NCBI GenBank assembly: GCA_951406725.2
Contig: OX597818.1
Coordinates: forward strand, 135,160,001 to 135,224,000
Length of the DNA stretch: 64,000 nt
Direction: 5' to 3'
DNA from: Octopus vulgaris
Lineage: Eukaryota
In this document: one piece after another, positions 1 to 13,313 of the stretch
Layout of the letters: each line of letters starts with the position of its first letter
Position numbering within the stretch: the stretch's first letter is position 1
Translations under genes and position numbers: made by a program
The notes under the pieces: generated by a model
Database searches by the model: none
What the model was told of the DNA's origin: nothing
Seen by the model: the letters and a program-made list of their open reading frames with translations, nothing else

Positions 1-1048
1 GAAACTAGAAGTTGTTGATAGCTTCCGCTATATAGGTGACAAAGTCTGTAGTGGGGATGGATGCTCAGAGAGTGTTACCACTGGAATAAGAGTAGCCTGG
101 GCAAAGTTCAGAAAGCTTCTACCCCTACTGGTGACTACTTGCTCAGAGTGAAAGGTAGATTGTATGATGCATGTGTGCGAACCGCCATGCTTCACGGTAG
201 TGAAACATGGGCCATGACTGCTCAAAAGAAATGAAGCTAGCACGATCCACTGGATGTGTAATGTCAGTGTGCACAAACAACAGAGTGTAAGCACCTTGAG
301 AGAAATGCTAGACATAAGAAGCATCAGATGTGGCGTGCAAGAGAGATGTTTGCATTGGTATGGTCATGTACTATGGATTGATGAGGAGAGCTGAGTGAAG
401 AAGTGCCCCTCCCAAAAAGAGGAAGGAATCCAGGGTAGAGGGAGACCCAGGAAGACATGAGATGAGCTGTTGAAGTATAACCTTCAAATGTTGGGCCTCA
501 CAGAGGCAATGTCAAGTGACCGAGACCTTTGGAGGTATGCTTTGATTGAGAAGACCCGGCAAATAAAGTGAGTCCACAGCTGTAATCTACATCAGTGTTG
601 CATAACCAGCCCACTCAAAGTACCTTGGATCGTAGGGTGACATGCTGTGCTTGAGGAGACCTATTGAGTCAAGTACATCAACATCAGCAATATCAAACTA
701 AAATCAAATGGAAAGTGTAGTTGTGAGCCCCATGCCGGCAGCACATAAAATGCACCAGCCGAATGTGGCCGATGCCAGTGCCGCTTTGACTGGCTTTCAT
801 GCCGGTGGCACATAAAAAGCACCATCTAATCATGGTCAATGCCAGCTCCTCTGGCCCCTGTGCTGGTGGCATGTAAAAAGCACCCACTACACTCTCGGAG
901 TGGTTGGCATTAGGAAAGGCATCCAGCTGTAGAAACACTGCCAGATCAGATTGGAGCCTGGTGCAGCCTCCTGACTTCCCAGACCCCAGTCGAACCGTCA
1001 AACCCATGCCAGCATGGAAAACAGACGTTAAACGATGATAATGATGAT
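1..1048 (+). mobile_element. RTE-clade LINE, 3' fragment (decayed C-terminal ORF plus 3' UTR ending in (GAT)n)
   Basis: Manual translation gives LEVVDSFRYIGD...AWAKFRKLLPLL...YDACVRTAMLHGSETWAM...LHWYGHV...GRGRPRKT with stops and frameshifts, typical of the RTE C-terminus. The 3' UTR carries GGAAAGGCATCC and ends AACGATGATAATGATGAT. Confidence 0.85.
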
Positions 1049-1834
1049 ATGGAAAAACAGATATGATGATGATGATTATATATCCAAAGAGATAAAGGAT
1101 GAGTAGAGGTGAAAAGAGGAAAGTAAGGAAAGGAGAGGAGGAAGAAAAAGAGAGATACTTCAAAAACAAAAAGATGTGTACGAATGTAATTCTATGTGCA
1201 AATGTGAATGTGTTTTGTGTGTGTGTGTGCATGCGCATGTGTGTGTGTGTAAATGTCTATATCTATAGGTGTGTGTGTGTGTGTGTAAGATGAGAGATAG
1301 ATATGGTGAGAATTATTATCAGTGTTAGAAATATTCCAAATATATCAATACATCAAAGACTTTTTATCTTATTGCTGAATTTAATCAGGTTGACCTCCAA
1401 CATTAGAATGGGAGAATGGTGGAATGGTAAAGAGAAGTTATTCACAGCAGTTCTGTATGCAGCATTCTTAGAAGCCAATAAAATGGTCCACACAACTGAG
1501 ATACATTTTTGGTTCCTGAAAATTCCACAAGATTTTTAGATCCCCCCTCCCCACTTCTTAATTGCTTATTTTTATGAGACTAACTAAGCTTTTAGAACTG
1601 ACCTGTTACAATCATAGGCACCGTCTGTCTCTGCTCTTTCTAAGCATTTTAGAGGAACCTGACTTATGAGAAGTACTAGCCAAAATTCATTTATATAGAA
1701 GGGTCATTAGATAACATAGACCTACAGACTCTAAAATACACAAGATGATCATGGCTGGAATGTCTCTGATCATAGATTTGGTCAATGGGGCTGTCTGAGA
1801 GCTAAATAACAGCAACTTATTACAAAAAATGAGG

Positions 1835-1886
1835 ACCAATGCCTTGTGAGTGGATTTGGTAGACGGAAACTGAAAGAAGCCTGTCG

Positions 1887-1919
<33 letters not shown>

Positions 1920-2122
1920 CTGTGTTTGTCACACTAGCATTGCTTGACAACCGATGCTGGTGTGCTTACGTCCCCGTCACTTAGCGGTTCGGCAAAAAGA
2001 GACCGATAGAATAAGTACTGGGCTTACAAAAAGAATAAGTCCTGGGGTCGATTTGCTCAACTAGAGGCGGTGCTCCAGTATGGCCGCAGTCAAATGACTG
2101 AAACAAGTAAAAGAGTAAAGAG
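1835..2122 (+). mobile_element. tRNA/CORE-type SINE (family A), 5'-truncated
   Basis: Matches the full copy at 18576-18990 from GCCTTGTGAGTGGATTTGGTAGAC to the AAACAAGTAAAAGAG tail. Confidence 0.85.
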
Positions 2123-2559
2123 TATGGAAATGAGAAGTACAAAGAATATGCCCTTTTATAACAAAATAGAGAGATAGTGATATAATTGCCCACAGTGATG
2201 CATGTAGAGGATAGCCAGTAGGTAAAGAAGTGCTAAGCACTCCAAGTGAATGGAACTTGTATCTGAGGAAGAGGCCAGCAAAATATAGTAGGAAGAAGTG
2301 GTGAAAACTGATCTCATGAAGCAGAACATCACAGAAGGAAATGACAAGAGACCATAATTTGTGGTGAAGCACCATGATGGAGAAGACCCACTTAACCCGT
2401 GTAAGCATGAAAAGGAAAGAAGAAAATAGAAAACCTGACAAAAACGATGGTAGTGATGGAGATTGGGAACTACATTTGGCTCTCTTGCAACCATTACTTC
2501 ATAATGCATTGCCATAAACTGCTCTCCTCTCTCTTTTCATTACTCTCTTATCTATCATA

Positions 2560-2790
2560 TGTTTCTTTATTACCCACAAGGGGCTAAACATAGAGGGGAC
2601 AAACAAGGACAGACAAACGAATTAAGTCGATTACATCGACCCCAGTACGTAACTGGTACTTAATTTATCGACCCCGAAAGGATGAAAGGCAAAGTTGACC
2701 TCGGCGGAATTTGAACCCAGAACGTAACGGCAGACGAAATACAGCTACACATTTCGCCCGGCGTGCTAACATTTCTGCCAGCTCGCCGCC
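2560..2790 (-). mobile_element. tRNA-derived SINE with Meta/MESC-like central domain (family B), full length
   Basis: The minus strand begins GGCGGCGAGCTGGCAGAA and contains GCCTTTCATCCTTTCGGGGTCGATAAATTAAGTACC. A 12-bp TSD TTATCTATCATA lies at 2548-2559 and 2791-2802. Confidence 0.9.
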
Positions 2791-2924
2791 TTATCTATCA
2801 TAGCCCCCACCACCACCACCACCATCTTTCCGACCAATTCCCCTCCCTGCTATCATGTGTGTTGTGAGGAATGGTATCACGTTAGAAATGTCTATGTTTA
2901 ATCTCCCCCTATATTTATTGTTAC

Positions 2925-2966
<42 letters not shown>

Positions 2967-3686
2967 TACACATTCTCTTTCAGTACATCCTCTTCCATCA
3001 TTATGTCTCACTTTCACTCCTCTCACACATGACCCCTTATTTTTTCACTAAGATATGTGAAAGGAAGCAGGGAAATTATCCTCAAACTGAAGACCTGGTC
3101 CAAGTGTCTGTCACAAAAAGAGTAAACTCCTCTAAAAGCACCCAAGAACCAGATGATGACATTAAACTGGACAATGGATTGTCCACCACACATGTCTGGA
3201 CAAGATACTTTCATTAGTTTACCCAACTGAATCTAAAATGAGATTTGCCGTTAACTTGCATAACAACAGAATGTTCAGAGACAAATTCCAAGTGTTTCAG
3301 CCCCACAAGTTCAGAGAATTATTATGTGTAGCAGAATTGGATATCTCTAATAAAACCAAGTAGGAACCAAAGCAAAAAAATAACAGGTCTCTTTGAGATT
3401 GTTTCAAAATTTCAAAGATTAAAAAAAAAAAAAAGAATGGTGCAAAGAATATGAAGTGACTATGTCAGTTATTTCAATGAAGATTAGTTGGATTAGAACT
3501 TACTGAAGGAACATTAAGAATACAAATGTTAAGAAGCTGCTATGTATAAAGACAGAAATGGTTCTGGTAATAGTAAGATCAATGTGAGAGACAGTACATC
3601 CTCTGGTGAACATGTATCCTGTTTAAACAAGCAACACACATATACCAGCAATACAAATAAACAAAACATTTTAAAATTTACACAGC

Positions 3687-3714
<28 letters not shown>

Positions 3715-3717
<3 letters not shown>

Positions 3718-3919
3718 ATCAGGGTAGCAAAAAAATTCAAGAGAAATTTTTCGCCACCAGCGGTCCAGTGAGAAAGAAAAAATAGTCAACAGACTATATA
3801 AAATACATTCAACAATATTAAGGAATGGCCTTGATAGGCCATTCGACCCACTAGAAAGAGCAGCTAAACTCAAACCGCTAAATAGTTGTAATTCAGAAAC
3901 CAAAGGAAAATAAAAACAT

Positions 3920-3920
<1 letters not shown>
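3715..3920 (+). mobile_element. (TA)n-embedded insert related to the 34663-35820 element
   Basis: Flanked by (TA)n on both sides. Shares GCCACCAGCGGYCCAGTG, TTAAGGAAYGGCC and GGCCATTC..ACCCACTAGAAA with the minus strand of the 485-bp unit. Confidence 0.7.
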
Positions 3921-3952
<32 letters not shown>

Positions 3953-4076
3953 GTATGTATGTATGTATGTATGTATGTATGTATGTATGTATGTATGTAT
4001 GTATGTATGTATGTATGTATGTATGTATGTATGTATGTATGTATGTATGTATGTATGTATGTATGTATGTATGTAT
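3953..4076. repeat. (GTAT)n microsatellite
   Basis: About 30 perfect tetranucleotide copies. Confidence 0.98.
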
Positions 4077-4511
4077 ATGCTGACTCACATCAGCAGTACT
4101 ATCATCTTTATTCATTTCCTTTTTTTTTTTTTTGTTTTGAGGAAACACACTAGAAGAAACTGCAAAATGGTTTCTTTCTAAGTTCTTCAGTTGTTGGTCA
4201 TTTCCTATGCTAATTTCAACTTACAACATTCCTAGATACACTTGGCCTACTTCAGACCTAAGAAAGTTCTTCAATATCAAAATATTTCTTTATCTAATTC
4301 TCATTTCTCATCACATGACTATCCCAATCTTTTGCAGACAGAATCTTGTGCTTCTAAAAGCAAAGAAAAAAAAAAAAAAGACTACCACTTTCTCAACTGA
4401 CCTAAATTCCATCTGTGAACTTTTCAAAATAAAACAGCTGTATGAAGAACCAAAACAAGAGCACTAGACATAACCAAACCTAATTATTTGTAAAATCAAA
4501 ATGTTACTCAC

Positions 4512-4572
4512 GGTCTCAGTCTGCAACTAATCAAGTTTTCAAAACTTCTACACAATATCAAAAGTGTCTTAC
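4512..4572 (-). other. Candidate 61-nt exon starting with a 5' splice site (recursive-splice-site-like)
   Basis: The minus strand reads ctttttt-ccttattttcAG|GTAAGA...GAGACC|GTGAGT. Confidence 0.45.
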
Positions 4573-6057
4573 CTGAAAATAAGGAAAAAAGATATTAATT
4601 AAGCTTCATTTATTTTTATCATTAATGTTTAAAAAATATAAAATACAGGTGCTGGCATGGCTGTGTGGTAAGAAGCTTACTTCCTAACCACATGGTTCCA
4701 AGGTTCAATACCACTACATGGCACCTTGGGCAAGTGTCTTCTATAATCTGGCCACAGTTTAGTGAGTGAAACAAGTAAAAGAATACACAATAATTATACA
4801 AGATTTCATTTTTCTTTTCCATAAGACTTTCAGATTGAAATGCAAATTAGTAAAACTAAGAAGTTTACATAAACCAACATTCTGCTAGTTGAAGGATACC
4901 AAAAATTGTTTTAACCTTAAAATATAAATTAAAAATTTACACTTAAAAAAATTTTTTAAGTCTAATTTTTTTCATCAATTTTGAATTTATCATCTAAATT
5001 TCAGTTTCTCCTTGAATTTTAATCTTAGTTTCAATTTGAATTTGGATTTTCTCCAACACATAATTTTAAAAGAAAAAAATGGGTTTTATCATTTTAATAT
5101 TTCAAACTGAAAAACATAATTTCAATGTTTGGGTGGTCCAGCAAAGTGACATTTTAAGGTATTATTTCATCTGAGTAGCTGAGGTGAGTAATTTCTCTGA
5201 AACATTTCAGATTAGACAGACAGACTCACTCACTCTCACTTTATCTATCTATCTATCATTTCCAGACCATTTTACATATACTGTATGTTGTGATCTGAAA
5301 ATATATAAAAGACATTCTGCAATAGAATCAACTAGTGAAATATGCTTTTCTTGAGAATGAAGTGGCCAGACAGGTATCTTATGTTACAGTTTTTAAAACA
5401 TTATAATCTGAAGGCAAAAAATAATATACATTCTATTTTATTTCTTTTTTTTTTTGTGATAGTAGATAGTGAATAGTAGATTTACAAAACACAGTGCATT
5501 AGACAAAATCCTTTTAGAATTTAGTTACAGCCCTTAATGTACTGAGTTCCAATTCCAGAGGGTCAACATTGCTATCCAAAACCAGTAATAAATTGGAACT
5601 TTATATAATCACTCTTTTTCCCCACTCTAAAATATTTATGATCTTATACCTATGTTAGAAATTATTATCAGCATGAGATCACTCATTAGTATTCTCCAGT
5701 TCCTGGCCAATAGACATGCTATCTAGTCTTTGCCTTTTCTAATGCTACTATGATGGCCTCTGCTTCTCAAAGCTTGCTGGTTTCACACCACATTCATTTA
5801 GGCACTTCTGACTCCCTCATTTCGTCTCCTCTTGTTACCTATATCAGACACAACAGACCCCTTAAAATACAGTACAAAACACTATGCCTGTTCTTTTCAG
5901 ACTGTCACCCCTAGGGAATTTCTTGTCTTGCATATGTATCTTTTCCTGCAATTACTGACTTGCAGTAGTTCAAGAGGAACATTAAACATTAATGACATCA
6001 ACACAACCAGTCATGGAGAATTTGCACAGGCCATGGGCTCAATTCCTTACCTTAGAC

Positions 6058-6315
6058 CCTAAGTTCTCAAACTTTTTGGGCCACCGCCCTCTCCCATGGC
6101 CACATAATACCCTCAGCGCCCCCCCTACTTTTATGTATAAATAAATATTTAATATTTTACTAATTTATATATACTATGAATCATTTGATATTTAATACAA
6201 GCAAGACGCCCCCTCCCCGTCCAATTGATGGTGCTGAGTTGTCAAACATTTAAACCAAATTTTCTCAAAACAACTTGTCCGACTGTCCCATAGGCCTCCC
6301 CTTTGAGAAACACTG
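6058..6315. mobile_element. hAT-like non-autonomous element (degenerate)
   Basis: The right end TTTGAGAAACACTG is the reverse complement of CAGTGTTTCTCAAA. The left end is degenerate (AAGTTCTCAAA). Confidence 0.4.
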
Positions 6316-6379
6316 ATTTAACCTAAATTTGAGACACCAGCAAAAGATGAAATAAAGATAGACTTTATTCCAAAGAAAA

Positions 6380-6665
6380 ACGATTTTATTCACACAAATT
6401 TGTGCAAACTGCGCCGCATGCAATTTTCTCACGTACGCACAGTATTGATTGCAAAGGCTGATGTACTTGCACTTACAAATGCAGGTTCCCACGGCTTTAT
6501 CGATCGCATTCTCACCTGGAATCAATTTTTGTAATTTTTTCAAGACTTATACACGCCCTGATACCATTGGTATCTACATATCAAATTTGAGCGCAATCAG
6601 ATGGAGGATGCTCGAGATCCTAGAAGAGACACACACACACACAGACCGGATTCTATATAATAGAT
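6380..6665 (+). mobile_element. Possible Helitron/Helentron-type non-autonomous element 3' part
   Basis: CpG-retaining segment ending CTACATATCAAATTTGAGCGCAATC...(CA)n...TATATAATAGAT, a layout resembling DINE/HINE-like repeats. Recognised by eye only. Confidence 0.3.
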
Positions 6666-7170
6666 ATTATATAATTTTTATACAATACTATAATAATATT
6701 ATAGTATTGTAGCATCCCCCAATCTACTGCCTTCTCCCCAATGCCTCCTTTTTCTCTAAGCATTTTGGAGCATTAAGTTCAACCCTGAGAAAACTATCAT
6801 ACCAGCTTTAGTAACTGCATTATCCCAGTAGCATGACAAACTGAGTTAACCTAGTTGTGAGAGTTCGGGTTAACCCACTTGTTTGACAGAATTAACTTCT
6901 GCTTGATCAAGTCTAACAGAGCTAAATTACAACCTGAAGAATTTCTCAATTTCACACACATGCACCACACACTTTATGAACTAGATTTATCCAGATTAAG
7001 CAAACTTTAGAGGAATTAGCAAAGCAGATAGTGGTTATGATTTTCACATTTCCAAAGAAACCTCTGGCTTATTCTGCCCCCTTTTTTTTTAATGCAAACC
7101 AAACAGTAAAATATAAGTTACATTATTTTCTTATAACTAATTCATATATATACCTTGGTATACACACACT

Positions 7171-7227
<57 letters not shown>

Positions 7228-7627
7228 ATACACACACATACATACCTATAAATACATACACACATCCAGCTGTCATAAGAATGATATATTACTGCTATTT
7301 TATTTCATTACTTTAATCAATGCACTATACTAATTATTTTTAGAAATAAGCTTTTTCTTTTCATTGAAATCAAAATTTGGAAGAGAATTCATACATCTCT
7401 CCTCCTCTTGTCCACCCCCACCATATCAGGGTGAAAGTGGAATATAAGTAAAGACTTAAGGCAGTAAATAGGGTTTAATCATGTTAAATCAGTCTAAAAT
7501 AGAAGTATTCTCCTCCCCCAATCTCTCCATCTCTCCCTATCAAGCTGTCTTCCTAGCTCTCTCTCTCTCTCTACCTAGCTCTCTCTCTTTCTCTCTATCT
7601 ACCTAGCTCTCTATTTCTATCTACCTA

Positions 7628-7664
<37 letters not shown>

Positions 7665-8294
7665 CTACTTAGTTCTCTCTTTCTCTATCTATCTATCTAT
7701 CTATCTACCTAGTTCTCTCTTTCTCTCTACCTACTTCTCTTTATATATCCCTTTAAATCAAGGTCAAACTTCAGAGGCAATGGGCAAATCCCTTTAGGAA
7801 ATAATGATATATTATTGAGTAAGAACTTACATTTTAAGACATTTAATACCGTACAAAAATAGAGGTAATTATCATCATCATCATCTTTGTCACCATTAAA
7901 AAACAAAAATTAGCAAATTAATTTTGAAATATTGAGGAAAACGATTCTTGCAGAAACATGGTACTGCATGGGACAAGTACTTATTCATAGTATGTGAGTG
8001 TACTTAAGTGTATGTGTACGAGTGTGCCTATGTTGTGAGGAGAGGAGAATATATGTCAGTATATACGCAAGGATATATGCACGTGTGCATGGGTGTGTGT
8101 TTAATTGAGCATGTTTATGTTTGTAAATAAATGTGTGTGTGTGTGTGTGTGTAAATATGTGTGTGGATATACATGTATGTTTGTATTAGTTTAAATAATT
8201 TAAGTGCAAACTAAGAGGAAGTTGTAAATTGGTAAATTTCAGGAATCAACTCAACAGTTGCAGTCTCACAAGAAATACGATAATTTCTTTCCAT

Positions 8295-8528
8295 TTAACC
8301 CTTTCGTTACCAACCCGGCTGAAACTGGCTCTGGCTCTGGCTCTGAGTACAAATGTCTTGTTTTCATAAGTTTTGAATTAAAATCTTCCACAAAACTTTA
8401 GTCACAATTTATGTTCCTAACACTAGCTTAATGATAACCAAATAATTTTACTAAATTCTTTGTTATATTTAAAGTAATTAAAAGAAACACAGAGCATCTC
8501 AAAATAAATACAGTAACGAAAGGGTTAA
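8295..8528. mobile_element. piggyBac-type MITE (family P1)
   Basis: TTAA|CCCTTTCGTTAC ... GTAACGAAAGGG|TTAA; a second copy lies at 22250-22477. Confidence 0.85.
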
Positions 8529-8979
8529 GAGACTTCCTAAGCCAAAAGAATATTTTTCATTTAAATCCTTTTTCTTTGTTTGAAGTGAAACAAAAACCAA
8601 AACAAAAAAAGTAAAAATAGTGGCAATTGCTAAAATTTTGAAGATATTTCCAAAGATAATTTTACTAAAATTTTCTCCATTTTTTTTTTTCCCCCTAAAT
8701 TGAATATCATAAGAAAAAGTAAAACCACAAAAATTCTATGAATCACCCAAATTTGAGATGATAGGAAGCTGGTTTACTTAGCATTAGTAAATATCTGAAA
8801 CTTTGTGGTGGGGTCTAAAAATAAGGAACAGAGAATGATCTTGTTAGTCCATGTGCAAATGAGGACGAAGGGGGTAAAATAGTAGTGCTAGTCATAATTT
8901 ATCAGAGAGTAGACAGTGTTCAGGTTTGATAAGGATGGCATCAAGCTGTAAAGACACTGGCTACAGTGGAAAAGTGGGG

Positions 8980-9015
<36 letters not shown>

Positions 9016-9247
9016 GGCACAGGTGTGGCTGTGTGGAAAGAAGCTTGCTTCCCAACCACATGGTTCCAGGTTCAGCCCTACTGTATGGCACCTTGGGCAA
9101 GTGTCTTCTACTATAGCCTTGAGCTGACCAAAGCCTTGTGGTAGACAGAAACTGAAAGAAGTCCATCACATGTGTGTGTATGTGTGTGTGTGCATGTGCG
9201 CGCATTTGTGTGTGTATGTGTGTACTTGACAACCAGTGTTGGTGTGT

Positions 9248-9474
9248 TTAACCCTTTAGTATTTAAACCGGCCATATCCGGCCAAAATATTTAATCTGCC
9301 TTACATTCAAACTGACCAGATCCAGGCTCTCACACCTACCCTACAATGTTATTCTACATTAAGTAATTACACCTTCAAGATCTTGACGATATGAGATAAT
9401 GCATGATTAATTCAAATCAATGGGAATCAATAAGCATTATGTTTGATAGAATAATCTGAACACTAAAGGGTTAA
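9248..9474. mobile_element. piggyBac-type MITE (family P2)
   Basis: TTAA|CCCTTTAGT ... ACTAAAGGG|TTAA; a second copy lies at 60323-60550. It truncates a family A SINE that starts near 9015. Confidence 0.85.
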
Positions 9475-10272
9475 ATCTTGGGGATGTTAGACATTATAAA
9501 CAATAAATCAATAAATTAAGTACCAATACCATTTAATCATGCTAGACTTAATTAATTTTTCTCAATTAGAAACATGCTTCAGCCCCTGGACCACAGATGA
9601 GCTGTCACTTCTCACTGTCTCTTTCATCACTATTATAACAACTTCTGTCCCTTGGTTTCAAGTTCAGTACTACTGTGCAGCACCTTGAGCAAGTTCTACA
9701 ATAACCACAGACTCACCAATGCCTTATGAGTGAATTTGGTAGACAGAAACTGTTTAGAAGCCTGTTGTCTAAATGCACATATATGTATGTTTGTGCCGGA
9801 CTGTGTTTGTTATCAATCCCTACTGCTTGACAACTGATGTTGGTTTGTTTACATCTGCATAACTTAGTAATTCAGCAAAAGAGATCAATAGAATAAAAAA
9901 AATAAGTCCTCTAGCACTGCCTCAGTCCAATGACTGAAAAAAGTGAAAGATAAAAGAGGCAGCAATAAGTAAAGACAAAGTATGCGCTGTTGATCACTCA
10001 ATTGTCCATTTGGAATTCTCAGTTCAGTCACTGACACAGCATCAAGAAATCAGAACAAATAAGAGAAGCGCCAATAACAAACTGTGTCTATCATACCAAC
10101 TTTATGGAACTATGAAAATGGTATTTATTTTCAAACACTTTTGAAAATATCTGCAGGAAAAAAAAACTACAAAACAAAAAACAAACAAATTTTCTCAACT
10201 GGATGTTAATCAATCATAGATAACTTATCTGAAAATGACATTGTACCTATATACCTTCTGGTAAACTGAAGT

Positions 10273-10663
10273 GGAGGCGCAATGGCCCAGTGGTTAGGGC
10301 AGCGGACTCGCGGTCATAGGATCGCGGTTTTGATTCCCAGACCGGGCGTTGTGAGTGTTTATTGAGCGAAAACACCTAAAAAAAGCTCCACAAGGCTCCG
10401 GCAGGGGATGGTGGTGATTCCTGCTGTACTCTTTCATCACAACTTTCTCTCACTCTTACTTCCTGTTTCTGTTGTACCTGTATTTCAAGGGCCGGCCTTG
10501 TCACTCTCTGTGTCACGCTGAATATCCCCGAGAACTACGTTAAGGGTACACGTGTCTGTGGAGTGCTCAGTCACTTACACGTTAATTTCACGAGCTGGCT
10601 GTTCCGTTGATTCGGATCAACCGGAACCCTCGTCGTCGGAACCGATGGAGTGCTTCCAAACAA
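10273..10663 (+). mobile_element. tRNA-derived SINE (family C), full length
   Basis: A-box-like TGGCCCAGTGG and B-box-like GGTTTTGATTCC. A 13-bp TSD GGTAAACTGAAGT lies at 10260-10272 and 10664-10676. Confidence 0.9.
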
Positions 10664-10891
10664 GGTAAACTGAAGTAAATTACAGTACCAACCATACTTG
10701 TTACTGACAACTAGGTGAACTGAGTTGACATAAAATAGTTACTTTATTCACTGATTCAACAAAATACTGGCATTTGAACCATGGAGCAAGTAATGCAATC
10801 ATTCATTCAGATATTTTTACCTCTGAAACTAGAATCATTGAAGTAGGTACATGTCATATAGCAATTTCCGACAAATGGTTTCTTCTGCTCA

Positions 10892-11116
10892 GCTCATCTC
10901 AATCGAAGGAGAGGGGTTTTCTCCATCCGGGTTGCGGATCCATGGAATAAGATGCCAGACGAGATAGTGAAGATGCCAACGACCGCTCGGTTCAAAGTCT
11001 CTCTTGACCGGAAATGGCCTGAACTCTTTGTATGACCATCCTCCCTATACATAACTCCCTGTCCCCCTACATGGCCTTGCTTTTGCTTTTTGAGCCAATA
11101 AAAATTGATTGATTGA
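10892..11116 (+). mobile_element. CR1-clade LINE 3' end
   Basis: Translates to HLNRRRGVFSIRVADPWNKMPDEIVKMPTTARFKVSLDRKW, the CR1 FS.RV...WN.LP...FK..LD motif. Stop at 11033-11035, then AATAAA and a (TTGA)n tail. Confidence 0.8.
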
Positions 11117-12344
11117 AGACGTTTTGCTGTGCTCTTCTCTAGATCACATTAACAAAATCACTGCAAAGGATACTATCATGGACAAAATATATGACTAAAT
11201 GGTTTCACTAGACAAATATATAGATTAATGTAGATTCTGATATCATTACAGATAAGCTGAGAGAGTATAATGATGTGGGTTACAGGCACCAAACTTAAGT
11301 TTTAATTGTTCTGCAATCAAACATGTTCCTCAGACAACAGGTTCAAAAGCATTAAGATAAACAAAAGGAAATGATTTCCTTGTAAAATAGAAAAATATCT
11401 CAAGTTTTTCTGAGTGTCTACATACAAAAGGTGAATGCAAAAAATGATGCACAAGAGCACCGTGGAAGGTTAAATATGTTTGGATTTTTCATTAGAATTG
11501 GCAAGGAATTTCATCTCAGTGGAAAGGGAAAAAGAGCTATGAGTGTATTCAACAGAAAAATTGTTTAAATGAAAGAATTTTGACGTCTTGTGGATAGTTA
11601 GGATTATCAGATTGCAAAGTGGTACATGAACAAATTTTTAGATTATGCATTAGTGACTTGTTTTTTCTAAGTCATTGCTTATTTAGATGTTGAAACAACT
11701 ATGATTACGAGCACTCAGAGAGTTACGACAGAATTCATATCTTATTTAACAAGATTAGATGCCAACACATTTACACAGACTAATGCTAAAATCCAATAAC
11801 CTTATGTGATAAGGGAAAATACTATTTTAATCCCACATTAACATAGAGTCAGCTTTCTGAATTTTTAGAGTTTTCTTTCGGGTTTATTTTTTTGTCTTTC
11901 TTTTTCCTTACCAAAGGAATTTTACTCAAGGAAAAACAACACCCGAGCTTTACCAATGCCATAAGAATATCAGTTCCTTGCACCCGAAATGTCTCACTAG
12001 AAGAACAACTTTCTCCTTTCTCTTTCTTTTTTTAATAACATCTAACCAAAAGTTTAAACAAACCTGCTTTTCCCAAGAGAGAACATCTCAATTTCTCTTC
12101 AAAACAATTATAAGTATCCATCATGTTTCTATTGTTCTAAGCTATAAAATAACAAAATATTTTTTCATGCTGGCACCAAAAAAAAAATTGCATCAATTGT
12201 CTGGTTTTCTATAAATTTTAATTTGTATAACTTTTCTTTTTATTCCTTTGCTTGTTTTAGTTGTTGGACTGTAGCCATGCTGGAGGGTTTATAGTTGATT
12301 TATAGTTGATCGACTCAACCCTAGTACATATTTTTGTATCTAAT

Positions 12345-12585
12345 ACTTACTCTTACTCTTTTACTCTTTTACTTGTTTCAGTCATTTGACTGCGGCCATG
12401 CTGGAGCACCGCCTTTAGTCGAGCAAATCGACTTATTCTTTGTAAGCCCAGTACTTATTCTATCGGTCTCTTTTGCCGAACCGCTAAGTGACGGGGACGT
12501 AAACACACCACCATCGGTTGTCAAGCAATGCTAGGGGGACAAACACAGACACAAACATATAGACACACATACATATATATATATA
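12345..12585 (-). mobile_element. SINE family A, 3' half
   Basis: Reverse complement of the family A tail. Confidence 0.85.
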
Positions 12586-12722
12586 TGATGCACTTGATTT
12601 TGTTTAGCTCTCAAGTCAACCTTGATTGAACAAACCCATGATCATGAGTATTCCAACCGTGACCATCCCATCTGTTTAAAAGTATCTGGTACTATATTAC
12701 CCGATGAGTCTTTTTTTTCTTT

Positions 12723-13313
12723 TTAACCCCTTACCCAACAATTATTTTGAAAATAAATGTATTTTTTCAGACATATTTTTTAATTGTTTTATTTTATTAT
12801 GTTTTGAATGGTGATTTCGAGGTATATTTCAAACCTTATTTATTATGAATTTTAATTCAATAATATTGATTTTAAATTACTGCTTTGGGCAGAAACGAGT
12901 TAACCCTTTTTTTTCATAAATCATATTACTTTTACAAAAAATCATGTTATTTTATTTGGTTATCGACATGGTGGGGTTATAATATAAAGGTATAAAAAAA
13001 ACAACGTAAAAACAAAGTGAATACTTCTATTCATAAAATGTGCCTTCCAACCCTTCGACTGTCTCCAGGTGACTAAATCATACTCGGTCTTCAATGCCTT
13101 ACTCAAGCGAAAGGTGGCAGAAATCATCACTGCCAGATGTATAAAGTGAGCGAATATACTTATATATGTCAAAAAAGAGTTTATAATAGACAAAGGAACT
13201 TGTTTGCTGTCGATTTTGGCGAGTCTATCTTTTGACGAGTTAACTCGCCAGAGATAGAAAAAAACGATTCCGGTCAAAACGCATATATTCGTTTCTGCCG
13301 GGTAAGGGGTTAA
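12723..13313. mobile_element. piggyBac-type non-autonomous element (family P3)
   Basis: TTAA|CCCCTTACCC ... GGGTAAGGGG|TTAA. It interrupts a minus-strand copy of the (AAC)n-tailed repeat. Confidence 0.8.

Noticed and set aside
3870-4181. ORFs rich in YVCM/HTYI (also about 31287-31755, 34394-34701 and others)
   Set aside because: These are microsatellite translations.
10273-10345. tRNA-like sequence
   Set aside because: It is a SINE head within a TSD-flanked element; the same applies to the heads of families A, B and D.
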